Part shown: piece by piece, positions 9,348 through 19,103 of the stretch
Position numbering within the stretch: the first letter of the stretch is position 1
Layout of the letters: each line of letters starts with the position of its first letter
The notes under the pieces: model-generated
Database searches by the model: none
Told to the model about the DNA's origin: nothing
The model's input: only the letters and a program-made list of their open reading frames with translations
Origin: an uncultured bacterium
Lineage (GTDB): Bacteria; Bacillota; Clostridia; Christensenellales; UBA1242
Direction: 5' to 3'
NCBI GenBank assembly: GCA_949474265.1
Contig: CASXBC010000005.1
Location: 1-56,509, forward strand
Length of the DNA: 56,509 nt
Program-made: the position numbers and the translations under genes

Positions 9348-10784
9348 GTGGAAGAAGAGAAGAAAAAAAGATTAACTTCAAGGATTATAATGATAATTAG
9401 TTTCATTGGGGGAATTTATTTTATATTAACTGGAATAGGAAAAGATGGAAGTTGGTTGCTTATAGGTATAGGGATATTATTTATAGTTGTTGGAGTTATT
9501 ACAGCGGTAAGAGAAACTATTAGAATTCGAAAAGAGGAAAGAATAAACAATGCTATTGAAGAATTGGCGAAATATAAGATAGAGCAAAAACAAAATATAC
9601 AACAAATAGTTGATATATTAGATTCGGTTGTTAGAAAAAATACATTTTATAATATCTTAGACAAATTGGAAGAATTTTTAGATGACAAATCTATTATTTC
9701 TATCTGCAATAATTTTGTTTCAGAAAATGATGGAATATTGTGTATAGACTATATGATAAATTTTAGCAATGTCGACCAGCCGCAACACAATTGTGATGGG
9801 GATGTATTAGATTTTCCGTATATTACAAAAGAAAGATTTATGAAGTATGGCGAATTTAAAGCTTTAGATAGAGAAAATGATATAGAATCTATAGTAGATA
9901 TTTCAACTTATGCATTTAAAAATGATACTGTAAGGTGGTGCAATGCCGGGTTGGCAAGAATAATATCTCAAACTAAAAAGATAAATGAACTTTTGGATGA
10001 TGAATTTGAGTATGAAGAGTTTGAAGATGATGAAATTGATGATAATCGCGAATTTAAAATTTTTGAATTTATTAATTTGCTAAAAAACTGTAATAAAATA
10101 AATGATGAATTTGTTGATGAGCAAGCAATAATGTTTTTATTATGGATATTACATAAAGTATATTTGCAAAATCAACTTGAAACCAGATATGATATATATG
10201 ATATCAATGATGGAATGAGTATTGAAGAAAAAATTGAAAAAATATATCTTATTGATGAAGAAGATACTATTGCATTTCTTGCTATTGAAAAATATTTACA
10301 AGAATTGAAAAAGCCTTTGTTTTTGTATAGTGACAAACTCAGAGAAGATATTAAACCGTTAATAAAAAAAATAAAGAATAATCAAGCATTACAAAGATTG
10401 GAAAATAGGTGTATATATGAAAAACATTTAACAATACAAGAAGTAGACCTTATGTCTGGATTTGAATTTGAAAGATTTGTGTCAAGGTTGTTTGAAAAAT
10501 ATGGTTATAAGACTGAAGTCACAAAATCAAGTGGAGACCAAGGAATTGATGTTTTAGCAATGAAGGGTGATTTTGTTGTTGCAATTCAAGCAAAATGTTA
10601 TAATGGGGTTGTTGGAAACCATGCTATTATGGAGGCTGTTGCAGGAATGAAATACTATAATGCAAATAAGTGTATGGTTGTTACAAACAGCTCTTTTAGC
10701 AAAAGTGCAAAAGAACTTGCACAAGTAAATAATGTTGAGTTGTGGGATAGAACAGTATTAAAAGAAAAAATAGAGGAGATTTAG
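9348..10784 (+). CDS. Membrane-anchored Mrr-like (type IV) restriction endonuclease domain protein
   Basis: Two N-terminal TMs; C-terminal MSGFEFERFV...GDQGIDV...IQAKCY...VVTNS...ELWDR Mrr catalytic domain; GTG 9348 follows SD GGAGG. Confidence 0.85.
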   Translation: MEEEKKKRLTSRIIMIISFIGGIYFILTGIGKDGSWLLIGIGILFIVVGVITAVRETIRIRKEERINNAIEELAKYKIEQKQNIQQIVDILDSVVRKNTFYNILDKLEEFLDDKSIISICNNFVSENDGILCIDYMINFSNVDQPQHNCDGDVLDFPYITKERFMKYGEFKALDRENDIESIVDISTYAFKNDTVRWCNAGLARIISQTKKINELLDDEFEYEEFEDDEIDDNREFKIFEFINLLKNCNKINDEFVDEQAIMFLLWILHKVYLQNQLETRYDIYDINDGMSIEEKIEKIYLIDEEDTIAFLAIEKYLQELKKPLFLYSDKLREDIKPLIKKIKNNQALQRLENRCIYEKHLTIQEVDLMSGFEFERFVSRLFEKYGYKTEVTKSSGDQGIDVLAMKGDFVVAIQAKCYNGVVGNHAIMEAVAGMKYYNANKCMVVTNSSFSKSAKELAQVNNVELWDRTVLKEKIEEI

Positions 10785-10787
10785 ATT

Positions 10788-11354
10788 ATGAAAAGAATGA
10801 AAATAACGCTTTTAGTTATTTCTATATTATGCGGATTTCTTTTCTTTGTAGGATTAATAACAATTATTTCTTTGTCTGTTAAGCAAAAGAATGTAAATTA
10901 TTATGAGTGGCTTTCTTTGATTATTTCATTGGCAGCCCTGAGTGTTTCAGTGCTCTCTATTTGGTGGGCGAAATTAAGTCAACAGGAAAATGATTACAAA
11001 AAATTTGCTATAGACTTGCTGGAGAAAAAGCGTGATTCAATTGATTATGTTTTGAAAAATATTCATTCTGCAATGGAGAGAAATTTAAGATTTGATGAGA
11101 GTGTATTTACAGAAAAAATATTAACTTGTTGTTTATTTTCAAAAGTTTTTCAAAGTTATTATTTTAGATTTTCTGAGCAAATAAATAAATATAATTTATT
11201 GTTAAAAGCTAAACAAATTGGAAAAAATAAGGATAGTGAAATATTTGATGTCACAGCGGAATTTAATCAATTGAGAGTATTTTTTAGTGAGGAAATAAGT
11301 GAATTGATAAAAAAGATTTATCAAGGAGATTTAAAGGTCAAAGAAATAATGTAG
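10788..11354 (+). CDS. Hypothetical protein with two N-terminal TM helices
   Basis: 188-aa ORF starting 3 nt after the Mrr stop; very AT-rich. Confidence 0.7.
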   Translation: MKRMKITLLVISILCGFLFFVGLITIISLSVKQKNVNYYEWLSLIISLAALSVSVLSIWWAKLSQQENDYKKFAIDLLEKKRDSIDYVLKNIHSAMERNLRFDESVFTEKILTCCLFSKVFQSYYFRFSEQINKYNLLLKAKQIGKNKDSEIFDVTAEFNQLRVFFSEEISELIKKIYQGDLKVKEIM

Positions 11355-11386
11355 AAAAAACGAACCTAGTTATAGGTTCGTTTTTT
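11355..11386. terminator. Bidirectional terminator
   Basis: aaaaaacgaaccta-gtta-taggttcgtttttt. Confidence 0.85.
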
Positions 11387-11388
11387 AA

Positions 11389-11408
11389 TGGTGCTGAAGG
11401 TGGGAGTC
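11389..11408 (-). repeat. Duplicated 3' end of tRNA-Leu (att-like)
   Basis: tggtgctgaaggtgggagtc vs tggtgccgaaggtgggagtc at 11607-11626; 19/20 identical. Confidence 0.85.
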
Positions 11409-11606
11409 ACTCCAATTTGCCTTTTTGATTTTTGATAAATTTTGATGTTGTTTGGCAAATTTATCATGCCGAGGCAAACTCATTTCAATCATCCACCGGA
11501 TGCATTCGCTTGCCTGTTCGACTCCAAATAGATTTTATAAAAATAAAAAGAGAGTCTTAGAGATTCTCTTTTTTGGGTTATAAAAAATAAAAACCCACAT
11601 AGTGGG

Positions 11607-11692
11607 TGGTGCCGAAGGTGGGAGTCGAACCCACATGAAGTTGCCCTCGCGGGATTTTGAGTCCCGTGCGTCTGCCATTCCGCCACTTCGGC
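11607..11692 (-). tRNA. tRNA-Leu(CAA)
   Basis: GCCGAAG acceptor stem, anticodon arm gggac-tCAAaa-tccc region, long variable arm, GGTTCGACTCC, encoded CCA. Confidence 0.97.
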
Positions 11693-11964
11693 TCGTCGCA
11701 ATCTATGTTTGCACTCGTTTTTGTTGTAAGCTCCAAAAAGTTTAGTTTAAGTACTTGATTGCTCATCTTCCTCAAAAATAAAAATATTTTTGTGGACTTT
11801 ATTTACTCTTTGTTTTAAGTAACAGGTGTATTTTATCACAAAAATGCGAATTTGACAAGTGTTTTTATAACATTTTTTACTATTGTTGCTCAAATATCTT
11901 TTATATTTGTATTGAAAAATTTTTACATTTATGATAAAATTTTCTTGTTAAGGAGATTGAGAAA

Positions 11965-12891
11965 TTGAAAAAATTGCTTTTTACTCATGGGATTGATATT
12001 GATGGTTATGGTTGTGCAGTGCTTGCCAAATTGGCATGGGGAGATTCTGTAGATATTGTGTATGCAGATAATTTTGATTTGGATGACAAATTTGTGAAAA
12101 TTTGGGGTAAGACAGGCTTTGCGGAGTACAATGAAGTTTTTGTCACAGACCATTGTTTAAGCATGGCTCTTTGCAACATGGTTGACAAAAAATCAAATAT
12201 AAAAAAGAAAATTAAAATCTTTGACCATCATTCATCAAGAATTGGAAACCAAGATAAGTTTTCTTGGGTAAGCATTATATCTGAAAGAGATGGAAAAAAG
12301 GAATCTGGAACTAGTTTGTTTTATGATTATTTATGTGAAAAAGGGCTTTTAGAGTCGTCAGACAAACTTGAAACATGGGTAGAGCTTACAAGACTTTATG
12401 ATACTTGGGAGTGGAAAAAGGTTGACAATCAAAAAGCAAATGATTTAAATACACTTGCTTTGTCTGTTGGAAGAGAGGAATATATTAGAAGACTCTATCA
12501 AGACCATGTTTTAAATGAAAACTTTGATTTTAATGCACAAGAGTGTCAGATAATTGAAAAATACAAGATTGATTTTCAAAAACAAATAAAAAGATATGTA
12601 CAGCAGATAAGAGTTGTGGAAATTGATGGTGCTAGAGCAGGTTTCGTTGAAATTTTGGATGTGTTTAAAAATGACATTGGTGGAGAGATAAAGAAAAACG
12701 GAAATGAGAACAACATTGCATTTTTGATTATGCCTGTAAAAGACAGGAATACGGTCTCTTTGAGAGTTGTTGATGACAATTTTGATGTTTCAAAAGTTGC
12801 TGAAAAATTTGGTGGCGGAGGTCATAAAGGGGCTGCAAGTTTCCCTTTGAGCAGTTTGCCAATAGATTTGATTTCTAAAGAAAAAATCTAA
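11965..12891 (+). CDS. nrnB: DHH/DHHA1 oligoribonuclease, NrnB(YngD)-like
   Basis: THGIDIDGYGCAVLAKLAW, FVTD, FDHH, SGTSLFY, YDTWEW, GGGGHKGAA. Confidence 0.75.
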   Translation: MKKLLFTHGIDIDGYGCAVLAKLAWGDSVDIVYADNFDLDDKFVKIWGKTGFAEYNEVFVTDHCLSMALCNMVDKKSNIKKKIKIFDHHSSRIGNQDKFSWVSIISERDGKKESGTSLFYDYLCEKGLLESSDKLETWVELTRLYDTWEWKKVDNQKANDLNTLALSVGREEYIRRLYQDHVLNENFDFNAQECQIIEKYKIDFQKQIKRYVQQIRVVEIDGARAGFVEILDVFKNDIGGEIKKNGNENNIAFLIMPVKDRNTVSLRVVDDNFDVSKVAEKFGGGGHKGAASFPLSSLPIDLISKEKI

Positions 12892-12907
12892 TATAGTATT
12901 TAAAATT

Positions 12908-12930
12908 GTAGGCAACAAGCCTACTTTTTT
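12908..12930 (+). terminator. Intrinsic terminator
   Basis: gtaggc-aacaa-gcctac-tttttt. Confidence 0.75.
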
Positions 12931-13010
12931 ATTAAATTTTGATAAGCGGTATTGATTTTAATGGGGAGATATGCTAAAATTAAATTGTTATATTATGTAG
13001 GGGGATTTTT

Positions 13011-14512
13011 ATGAGAACAAATGAGAGTGTTGAAGAACTTTATCATAGTTTTATCAAAAATGGCGGGACTCGTTCATTGATTTCTAAAAACTCAGAAGAT
13101 TCCGTTGGCAGAAAAATCTACTCACTTGTTAAAAACTTGGAAATGAGGCATGAGGATGGAAGAAGGTTTACTTTGGCAGAGAAGTTTTTGGCTAAGGGAA
13201 TTAGTTTTGTTGAAATGAAGCTTAGTAAAGAAAGAAAATTTGCAAGCATTAAAGCAATGTTGGATGATTTTGTTGCTTCTGGTCGAAAAGTTGAAGATTT
13301 GAAGAAAACGGATAAGGAATACAAAGAAGTTAAAAATTTTAAGATGGTTGATGAAAATGGCAGAAGGCTCACTGTTGAAGAAAAATTTGCTGTTTTGGAC
13401 ATCCAAGAAAAGCAAAACTTTCAAAAGATGTTAAAGCTGATTTAATTTCTGCTATTTCAAGTTTTTTGCAAAATGGTGGAGATATTTATATGCAAAGGTC
13501 AAATCTGCCTTTCTTCAGAGCTGAGTATGGCTCTTTTGCTAGAAAGCAGAGATTGGTTGGGGTTGTTGGCGATTTAGCCTTTCAAACGAACTTGAGAAGT
13601 CTCGGTTTTGATTATTCTGAAATGTTTTATCAATATGGAAAAGTTTTGGAGTTTTACAAATTTAAAGACTCTTTAGGTTTTGTGGATAGTTATAGAAAAA
13701 ACATAAAAATGGACAGCTTTGTCAAAGCATCTTCTTACAAGCTTGGTTTGCCAATTCCTGTGTTTGTGGGACTTGTTGGAAATGCTGACCTTGAAGGTTG
13801 TTATTTAGATACTGATTATTTTGGCTTTGTGACTACAGAGCTTGGAAAGTATTTGGAAGTACATAAAGATTTTGTTGGTATGTCTAAAATTGACAAGCCA
13901 TTATATGAAAAGTTGAAACATATTGCAAGAATGTCTTTTAGTCCAGATTTAAGTGAAATTTCTACTGAAGATGTGGCTTATTTGCTTGGCTACGGAGATG
14001 TTAAAAATGATTTTGGTAAAGAATCAAACCATTCAGAATTTAGTGATTTACTAACAAACATTAGGATTATTGCTTCGCAAAAAGGTGGCAAGCTTTCAAG
14101 AAGTGATATCGCAGAGAATGACTATAGAAAAATAATTGGCTTTATTGCTTCAACAGGTGCTACAACTACTTCATTTTTCAAACTTTATGACATTGATTAT
14201 GATGGAAAGGATGGCAAAAGGCTTGCAAAAGTTTGGGTTAATGGTTATCCTTACATGAGTGAAATGAGAGCAGAGCGTGATAGAATTTTGGCAGAACATG
14301 GTTTAAGTATGTCAAGTGACTGTAAAAAAGAAGATTTGTTTGATGTTTTGATTGATGCTAGCACTCAGGCATTTGAGAAATACAAATCTCAAATATTCAA
14401 TTTTGAAGCAGAAAAAATCACTCAGGCAAATCAAAAAGATGAAAGCACGCAGAAGCAATTGCCTTCAGACAAAAATTCTGGCTTTTCAAAAACTGATGGC
14501 GGAAAGGTTTAA
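13011..14512 (+). pseudogene. Repeat-containing hypothetical protein split by a 1-nt frameshift (~500 aa if fused)
   Basis: ORFs 13011-13445 and 13466-14512; the -1 frame is open from 13379 and continues the internal repeat (EKFAVL|GHPRKAKLSK). Confidence 0.75.
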
Positions 14513-14528
14513 AGATTTTAAATGATAT

Positions 14529-14567
14529 AAAGAGAAAGGTAAGCAGTCTATTGCTTACTTTTTCTTT
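14529..14567 (+). terminator. Intrinsic terminator
   Basis: aaagagaaaggtaagcag...ttgcttactttttcttt. Confidence 0.7.
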
Positions 14568-14647
14568 GTTTGGCATTTTATTTGCAAAATATGAGGGCAT
14601 AATGCTATAATAAAATTGAATAGTTTGATTTTTAAGGTATATAGAAC

Positions 14648-16996
14648 ATGATTTTTAAAAAATTTTTTAACAAGGACTCTTCGCTGGTCGAAGAATATGC
14701 AAAAGAGTTTAATGTTTTGCCCTCTACAATGTATTTGATTTTGTCTAGAGGTTTTTCAACAAGAGAAGAAATTGCTGAATATCTTTCTTTGGGAGAGCTT
14801 TTGGACCCATTTCTCATCAGGAATATGAAAGAACTTTGTGACAGAGTTCAGCTTGCAAAGCAAATGGGGGATAAAATCCTCATATTTGGTGATTATGATG
14901 TTGATGGCATAAGTGCGACCGCAATTATGCTTAAAACTCTGAAAAGATTGGGTATTAATGCTGATTTTTATCTTCCAAACCGTTATGTTGACGGTTATGG
15001 TCTTTCTTGCGAGTGTATTGATAAGATTGAAAAACAGTTTTCGCCTGACCTTATAATTACTGTGGATTGTGGTATAACTTGCTTCAAGGAAGTGGAGTAT
15101 GCCAAAGAAAAAGGTATTGAAATTATTGTAACTGACCACCATGAAATCCCTGAGATTTTGCCAGACACCATTGTTTTGAATGCCAAGATTGAGGGGCAGG
15201 ATTATCCTTTTAGAGAACTTTGTGGCACAGGTCTTGCATACAAGATAAGTGAGGCACTTTTGGGGGAAAAAAAGGCAGAAGAGTTTTTGCCTATTGCTGC
15301 CATTGCGACAATTGCAGACATTGTCTCTCTTACAGGAGAAAACCGAAACATTGTCAAACGTGGAATGAAGAGTTTTGATAAACTTCCAATTGGGCTTAAA
15401 GCTTTGTTTAAAGAAAATAAAGTTTCACTTTCAAATCCTTCTGCAACTGCCGTTGCAATGAAGATTGCTCCAAAAATAAATTCGTCTGGCAGAATGGGGG
15501 ATGCTTCTGACAGTCTTGCACTTTATATGACAGAAGACCCTGTAGCTGTTAAGAAATATTTAGAAAAAATTAAGAAGCACAATTCAAAAAGAAGAGACCT
15601 TTCTGCAAAGGTAATGGAAGATTGCGAGAAAGCAATCAACAAGATGGATTTGTCAAAGACAAGAGTGATTTGTTTTGCTTCTAAAAAGTGGGACCAAGGT
15701 ATTTTGGGAATTGCGTGTGCCAGACTTGTTGAGATGTATAACAGACCTGTCTTTTTGTTTGCACAGGTGGGGGATGATTTGCATGGCTCAGGAAGAAGCA
15801 TAGATGACATTAATATACATGAGCTTTTGTCCTCACTTAAGGATATTTTGGAGACCTTTGGTGGGCATACAATGGCTGCAGGTGTTACGCTTAAAAGAAG
15901 TCATTATGAAGAATTTGTAAACAGGGTAAACTCTTTTGTTTTTGAAAAAATCAATGACAAAGTGTTTATGCCAATCAGATATTATGACCTTGACCTCAAG
16001 CCAGAAGAAATCACTGATAGATTTTTGAGTGAGCTTTCTCTCTTGGAGCCTGTAGGTTGTGGAAACGCAAGACCTAAATTTAGGATAAGTGCGGAGACTG
16101 TTGAAGTCAACCCTATGAGATATTGCCCAGCACACTGTGAAATTAAGCTTGCAAATATGAATTTGGTCTATTACAACTTTTCAAAAAAATATGACGAGTT
16201 GAGATTTGCCAGATACAAATCTTTCATTTTTGAGTTTCAGGATGATGGAAGAAATGGGGTGGTAAGTGATTTTGACTGTGGAAGTTTTATAACGCCTGAT
16301 GCACACATGTTCACATATCCTGTTCAGCTTGAACAGTTAATTTTTGAAGATAATCGTCCTGCAAAATTTTCATACTATCCACAGAGCGAACTTTTAAATT
16401 TTGTTGCAGGAATGCAAGAACAAGTTTTTGGGACGGCATTTGTGGCATATTCCGCTTATGATTTTGTAAATTTTTCTAAAGAGTATTCCAAAGAAAACAT
16501 CTTTCATGTTGGTATATACAATGAAAACTGCACAGGTTTTAACAGTCTCTTACTTTCTCCAACAGGTGTGAAATGGGCAAAAAATTTCAATAGGATTGTC
16601 TTTCTGTCACCGGTTTTGGATGAGGGTTTTATTGCAGAGCTTAACGAGGTTTCTGGTGCAGAGATTTTTGTGCCAATGGAAAGAGAATTTGATAAAAACA
16701 GATTTTTGACTCTTGACTTGTCGAGAGAAACTTTTGGAAGAGTTTTCAAAGCTCTTACTGCCAAAAATTTTTCAAGATATTATTCTATTTTTGATATTTA
16801 TCAAAATAAATTAAAAGGGCAGGTCAACTTTGAAAGTTTTTATGTTGCATATTTGGTATTTCAACAATTGGGATTGATTTGCTCTGTCAAAGGTGACACC
16901 TTTGTTGTTGAACAAACTTCTGTTCAGAAACAAGACTTAAACAAATCTTCACTTTACAACAAACTTTTGCTTTTGAAAAACACAATGGCAAAGTAG
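14648..16996 (+). CDS. recJ: Single-stranded-DNA exonuclease RecJ
   Basis: GDYDVDG, TVDCG, TDHH, ATIADIV, GSGRS, FGGHTMAAG; C-terminal extension. Confidence 0.97.
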   Translation: MIFKKFFNKDSSLVEEYAKEFNVLPSTMYLILSRGFSTREEIAEYLSLGELLDPFLIRNMKELCDRVQLAKQMGDKILIFGDYDVDGISATAIMLKTLKRLGINADFYLPNRYVDGYGLSCECIDKIEKQFSPDLIITVDCGITCFKEVEYAKEKGIEIIVTDHHEIPEILPDTIVLNAKIEGQDYPFRELCGTGLAYKISEALLGEKKAEEFLPIAAIATIADIVSLTGENRNIVKRGMKSFDKLPIGLKALFKENKVSLSNPSATAVAMKIAPKINSSGRMGDASDSLALYMTEDPVAVKKYLEKIKKHNSKRRDLSAKVMEDCEKAINKMDLSKTRVICFASKKWDQGILGIACARLVEMYNRPVFLFAQVGDDLHGSGRSIDDINIHELLSSLKDILETFGGHTMAAGVTLKRSHYEEFVNRVNSFVFEKINDKVFMPIRYYDLDLKPEEITDRFLSELSLLEPVGCGNARPKFRISAETVEVNPMRYCPAHCEIKLANMNLVYYNFSKKYDELRFARYKSFIFEFQDDGRNGVVSDFDCGSFITPDAHMFTYPVQLEQLIFEDNRPAKFSYYPQSELLNFVAGMQEQVFGTAFVAYSAYDFVNFSKEYSKENIFHVGIYNENCTGFNSLLLSPTGVKWAKNFNRIVFLSPVLDEGFIAELNEVSGAEIFVPMEREFDKNRFLTLDLSRETFGRVFKALTAKNFSRYYSIFDIYQNKLKGQVNFESFYVAYLVFQQLGLICSVKGDTFVVEQTSVQKQDLNKSSLYNKLLLLKNTMAK

Positions 16997-17003
16997 GAGA
17001 ATT

Positions 17004-19103
17004 ATGACAAACAATATATTAAAATTGCAAATAAAGCAAAAAATTTTGGACAATTTTAGTCTTTCTGAAAAACAGAGAGACTTGCTTGACAGATGTTTTG
17101 TTGACGAGATTAATCTGCCAAGACTTGATAATGTCATTGATGTTATGATTGAATATCGTATGGGAGCAGATATTTTGATTCCATATATTCTTTTTCAGTG
17201 CTATAAAACAAATGAGACTTTGGCTATGTCACTTTTGGGGTCTGATTTGACAACTCAAGAGATAAAGTTGTTTGAGACTTTTGTTACTGTCAAAGATGTT
17301 CGTTCTTTTTCAAGAAGTGGAGAGGCAGAAAGCATCAGAAAGATGTTTGTTGCTATCTGCCAAGATATAAGAATTGTAATTGTAAAATTTGCCACTATTT
17401 TGTATGACCTTAAGCTTATTAAGCCTCCAATGAGTCAAGAAGATTCTGATTATGTAAAGCTTGTAAGTGATGTGTTTGCACCACTTGCAGAGAGGCTTGG
17501 TCTTTCTGGTTTTAAGTTTGCATTTGAGGATTTTTCATTCGAACTTTTGGAGCCAAAGGCTTATGAAGAGCTTAAAAATAGTGTTTATCTTAAAAAAGAG
17601 GACAACGAAAAGCAGATTCTTATTACTAAAGAAAAACTTGAAAATGTGCTTGCAGAGCTTGGTATAAAGGGTGAGATACAATATCGTCAGAAGCATTTTG
17701 CAAGCATTTACAAAAAACTTAAATCAAAAGCTGGTTCACTTGAAAACATCTATGACATCATTGCTATGAGAGTGCTGGTAAACTCTATTGAGGACTGCTA
17801 TAGTGTGCTTGGAAAAATCCACTTGATTTACAGACCAATGAGTGGAAGGGTGAAGGATTATATTGCAAATCCAAAACCTAATGGTTATCAAAGTTTGCAC
17901 ACAACCATTATTGCAGAAAACAACAGACCTCTTGAAATTCAAATCAGAACTTTTGAAATGCACAAATTTTCTGAATATGGAATTGCAGCACATTGGATTT
18001 ATAAAGAAAAGCGTGGACAAAACAAGTTTGACCAAAAGATGTCTTGGTTTAGACAAATGATGGAAAACACAGAGGGTTTGTCATCTGATGAGTTTATTGA
18101 AACACTGAAAGTTGACCTTTATTCAGAATCTCTTTTTGTCCAAACTCCAAAAGGAAAGGTTATTGAATTTCCTGTTGGCTCAACAGTGCTTGATTTTGCG
18201 TATGCTATTCATTCAGATGTTGGAAATCAGTGTGTTGGTGCAAAAATCAATGGAAAAATTGTGCCTATCACCAAAGAACTTTCAAATGGTGATGTTTGTG
18301 AGATTTTGACAAACCCAAACAGCAAAGGCCCTTCTAGAGATTGGTTGCTTAAAGTCAAATCTTCAAATGCAAGGGCAAAAATAAGAGCGTTTTTCAAAAG
18401 TGAGCTTAAAGAAGAAAATATTAGAATTGGAAAGCTTGTTTTGGAACAGGCTGTCAAAAACAGTAATGTCAATTTGTCGAGAGCACAAAAAGAAGAGTAT
18501 TTGATGAGAATAGCAAACACAATGATGATTGAAAGTCTTGATGTTTTGTATGCTGAAATTGGTGCAGGAAGTCTTGCGGCAAACGGAATTGTTGGAAGAA
18601 TTATCAATCTTTACAACAAGGATAAATCTTATCAAATCAAAGAAAACACAATTGTTGTCAAGAAGAACAAGGATGGTGTGCTTATTGATGGTGACAGTGG
18701 GCTTTTGGTGAGATATGCTGGCTGTTGTACGCCGGTTACCGGAGATGATATAGTTGGATACATCTCACGTGGTCGGGGTGTGACTATTCACAGAAACACT
18801 TGCCAAAATCTAAAATTTCTTGAGCAGGAGAGACTTATCAAAGCTGAGTGGCAAGAAAATGCAACATCAAGCTTTGTGGCAGTCATAAAAGTCATAACTG
18901 ATAATGTCAACACTGTCATCAATTCACTTAATAATATATCAAGAGAATTAAAGAGCAAGTTGAAAGGCTTTGGCTATAAAGAAATCAAAGGTGAGCTTGT
19001 GTTTGAAATTGTTGTTTTGATTTCAAATAAAAATGAGCTTGAAAGCATAATTAAAGATTTTGAAAATGTCAAATATGTAAGAAAAGTGTTTAGGAGCGAA
19101 TGA
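17004..19103 (+). CDS. rel: Long RelA/SpoT homologue, (p)ppGpp synthetase with degenerate hydrolase domain
   Basis: FAPLAERLG, RVKDYIANPKPNGYQSLHT, EIQIRT, AAHWIYKE, TGS (DFAYAIHSDVG), zinc-finger CC...H...C. Confidence 0.95.
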   Translation: MTNNILKLQIKQKILDNFSLSEKQRDLLDRCFVDEINLPRLDNVIDVMIEYRMGADILIPYILFQCYKTNETLAMSLLGSDLTTQEIKLFETFVTVKDVRSFSRSGEAESIRKMFVAICQDIRIVIVKFATILYDLKLIKPPMSQEDSDYVKLVSDVFAPLAERLGLSGFKFAFEDFSFELLEPKAYEELKNSVYLKKEDNEKQILITKEKLENVLAELGIKGEIQYRQKHFASIYKKLKSKAGSLENIYDIIAMRVLVNSIEDCYSVLGKIHLIYRPMSGRVKDYIANPKPNGYQSLHTTIIAENNRPLEIQIRTFEMHKFSEYGIAAHWIYKEKRGQNKFDQKMSWFRQMMENTEGLSSDEFIETLKVDLYSESLFVQTPKGKVIEFPVGSTVLDFAYAIHSDVGNQCVGAKINGKIVPITKELSNGDVCEILTNPNSKGPSRDWLLKVKSSNARAKIRAFFKSELKEENIRIGKLVLEQAVKNSNVNLSRAQKEEYLMRIANTMMIESLDVLYAEIGAGSLAANGIVGRIINLYNKDKSYQIKENTIVVKKNKDGVLIDGDSGLLVRYAGCCTPVTGDDIVGYISRGRGVTIHRNTCQNLKFLEQERLIKAEWQENATSSFVAVIKVITDNVNTVINSLNNISRELKSKLKGFGYKEIKGELVFEIVVLISNKNELESIIKDFENVKYVRKVFRSE

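Noticed and set aside
11489-11775. Minus-strand ORFs (65 and 70 aa) running through tRNA-Leu
   Set aside because: They translate the tRNA sequence itself; weak SD spacing and no protein-like features
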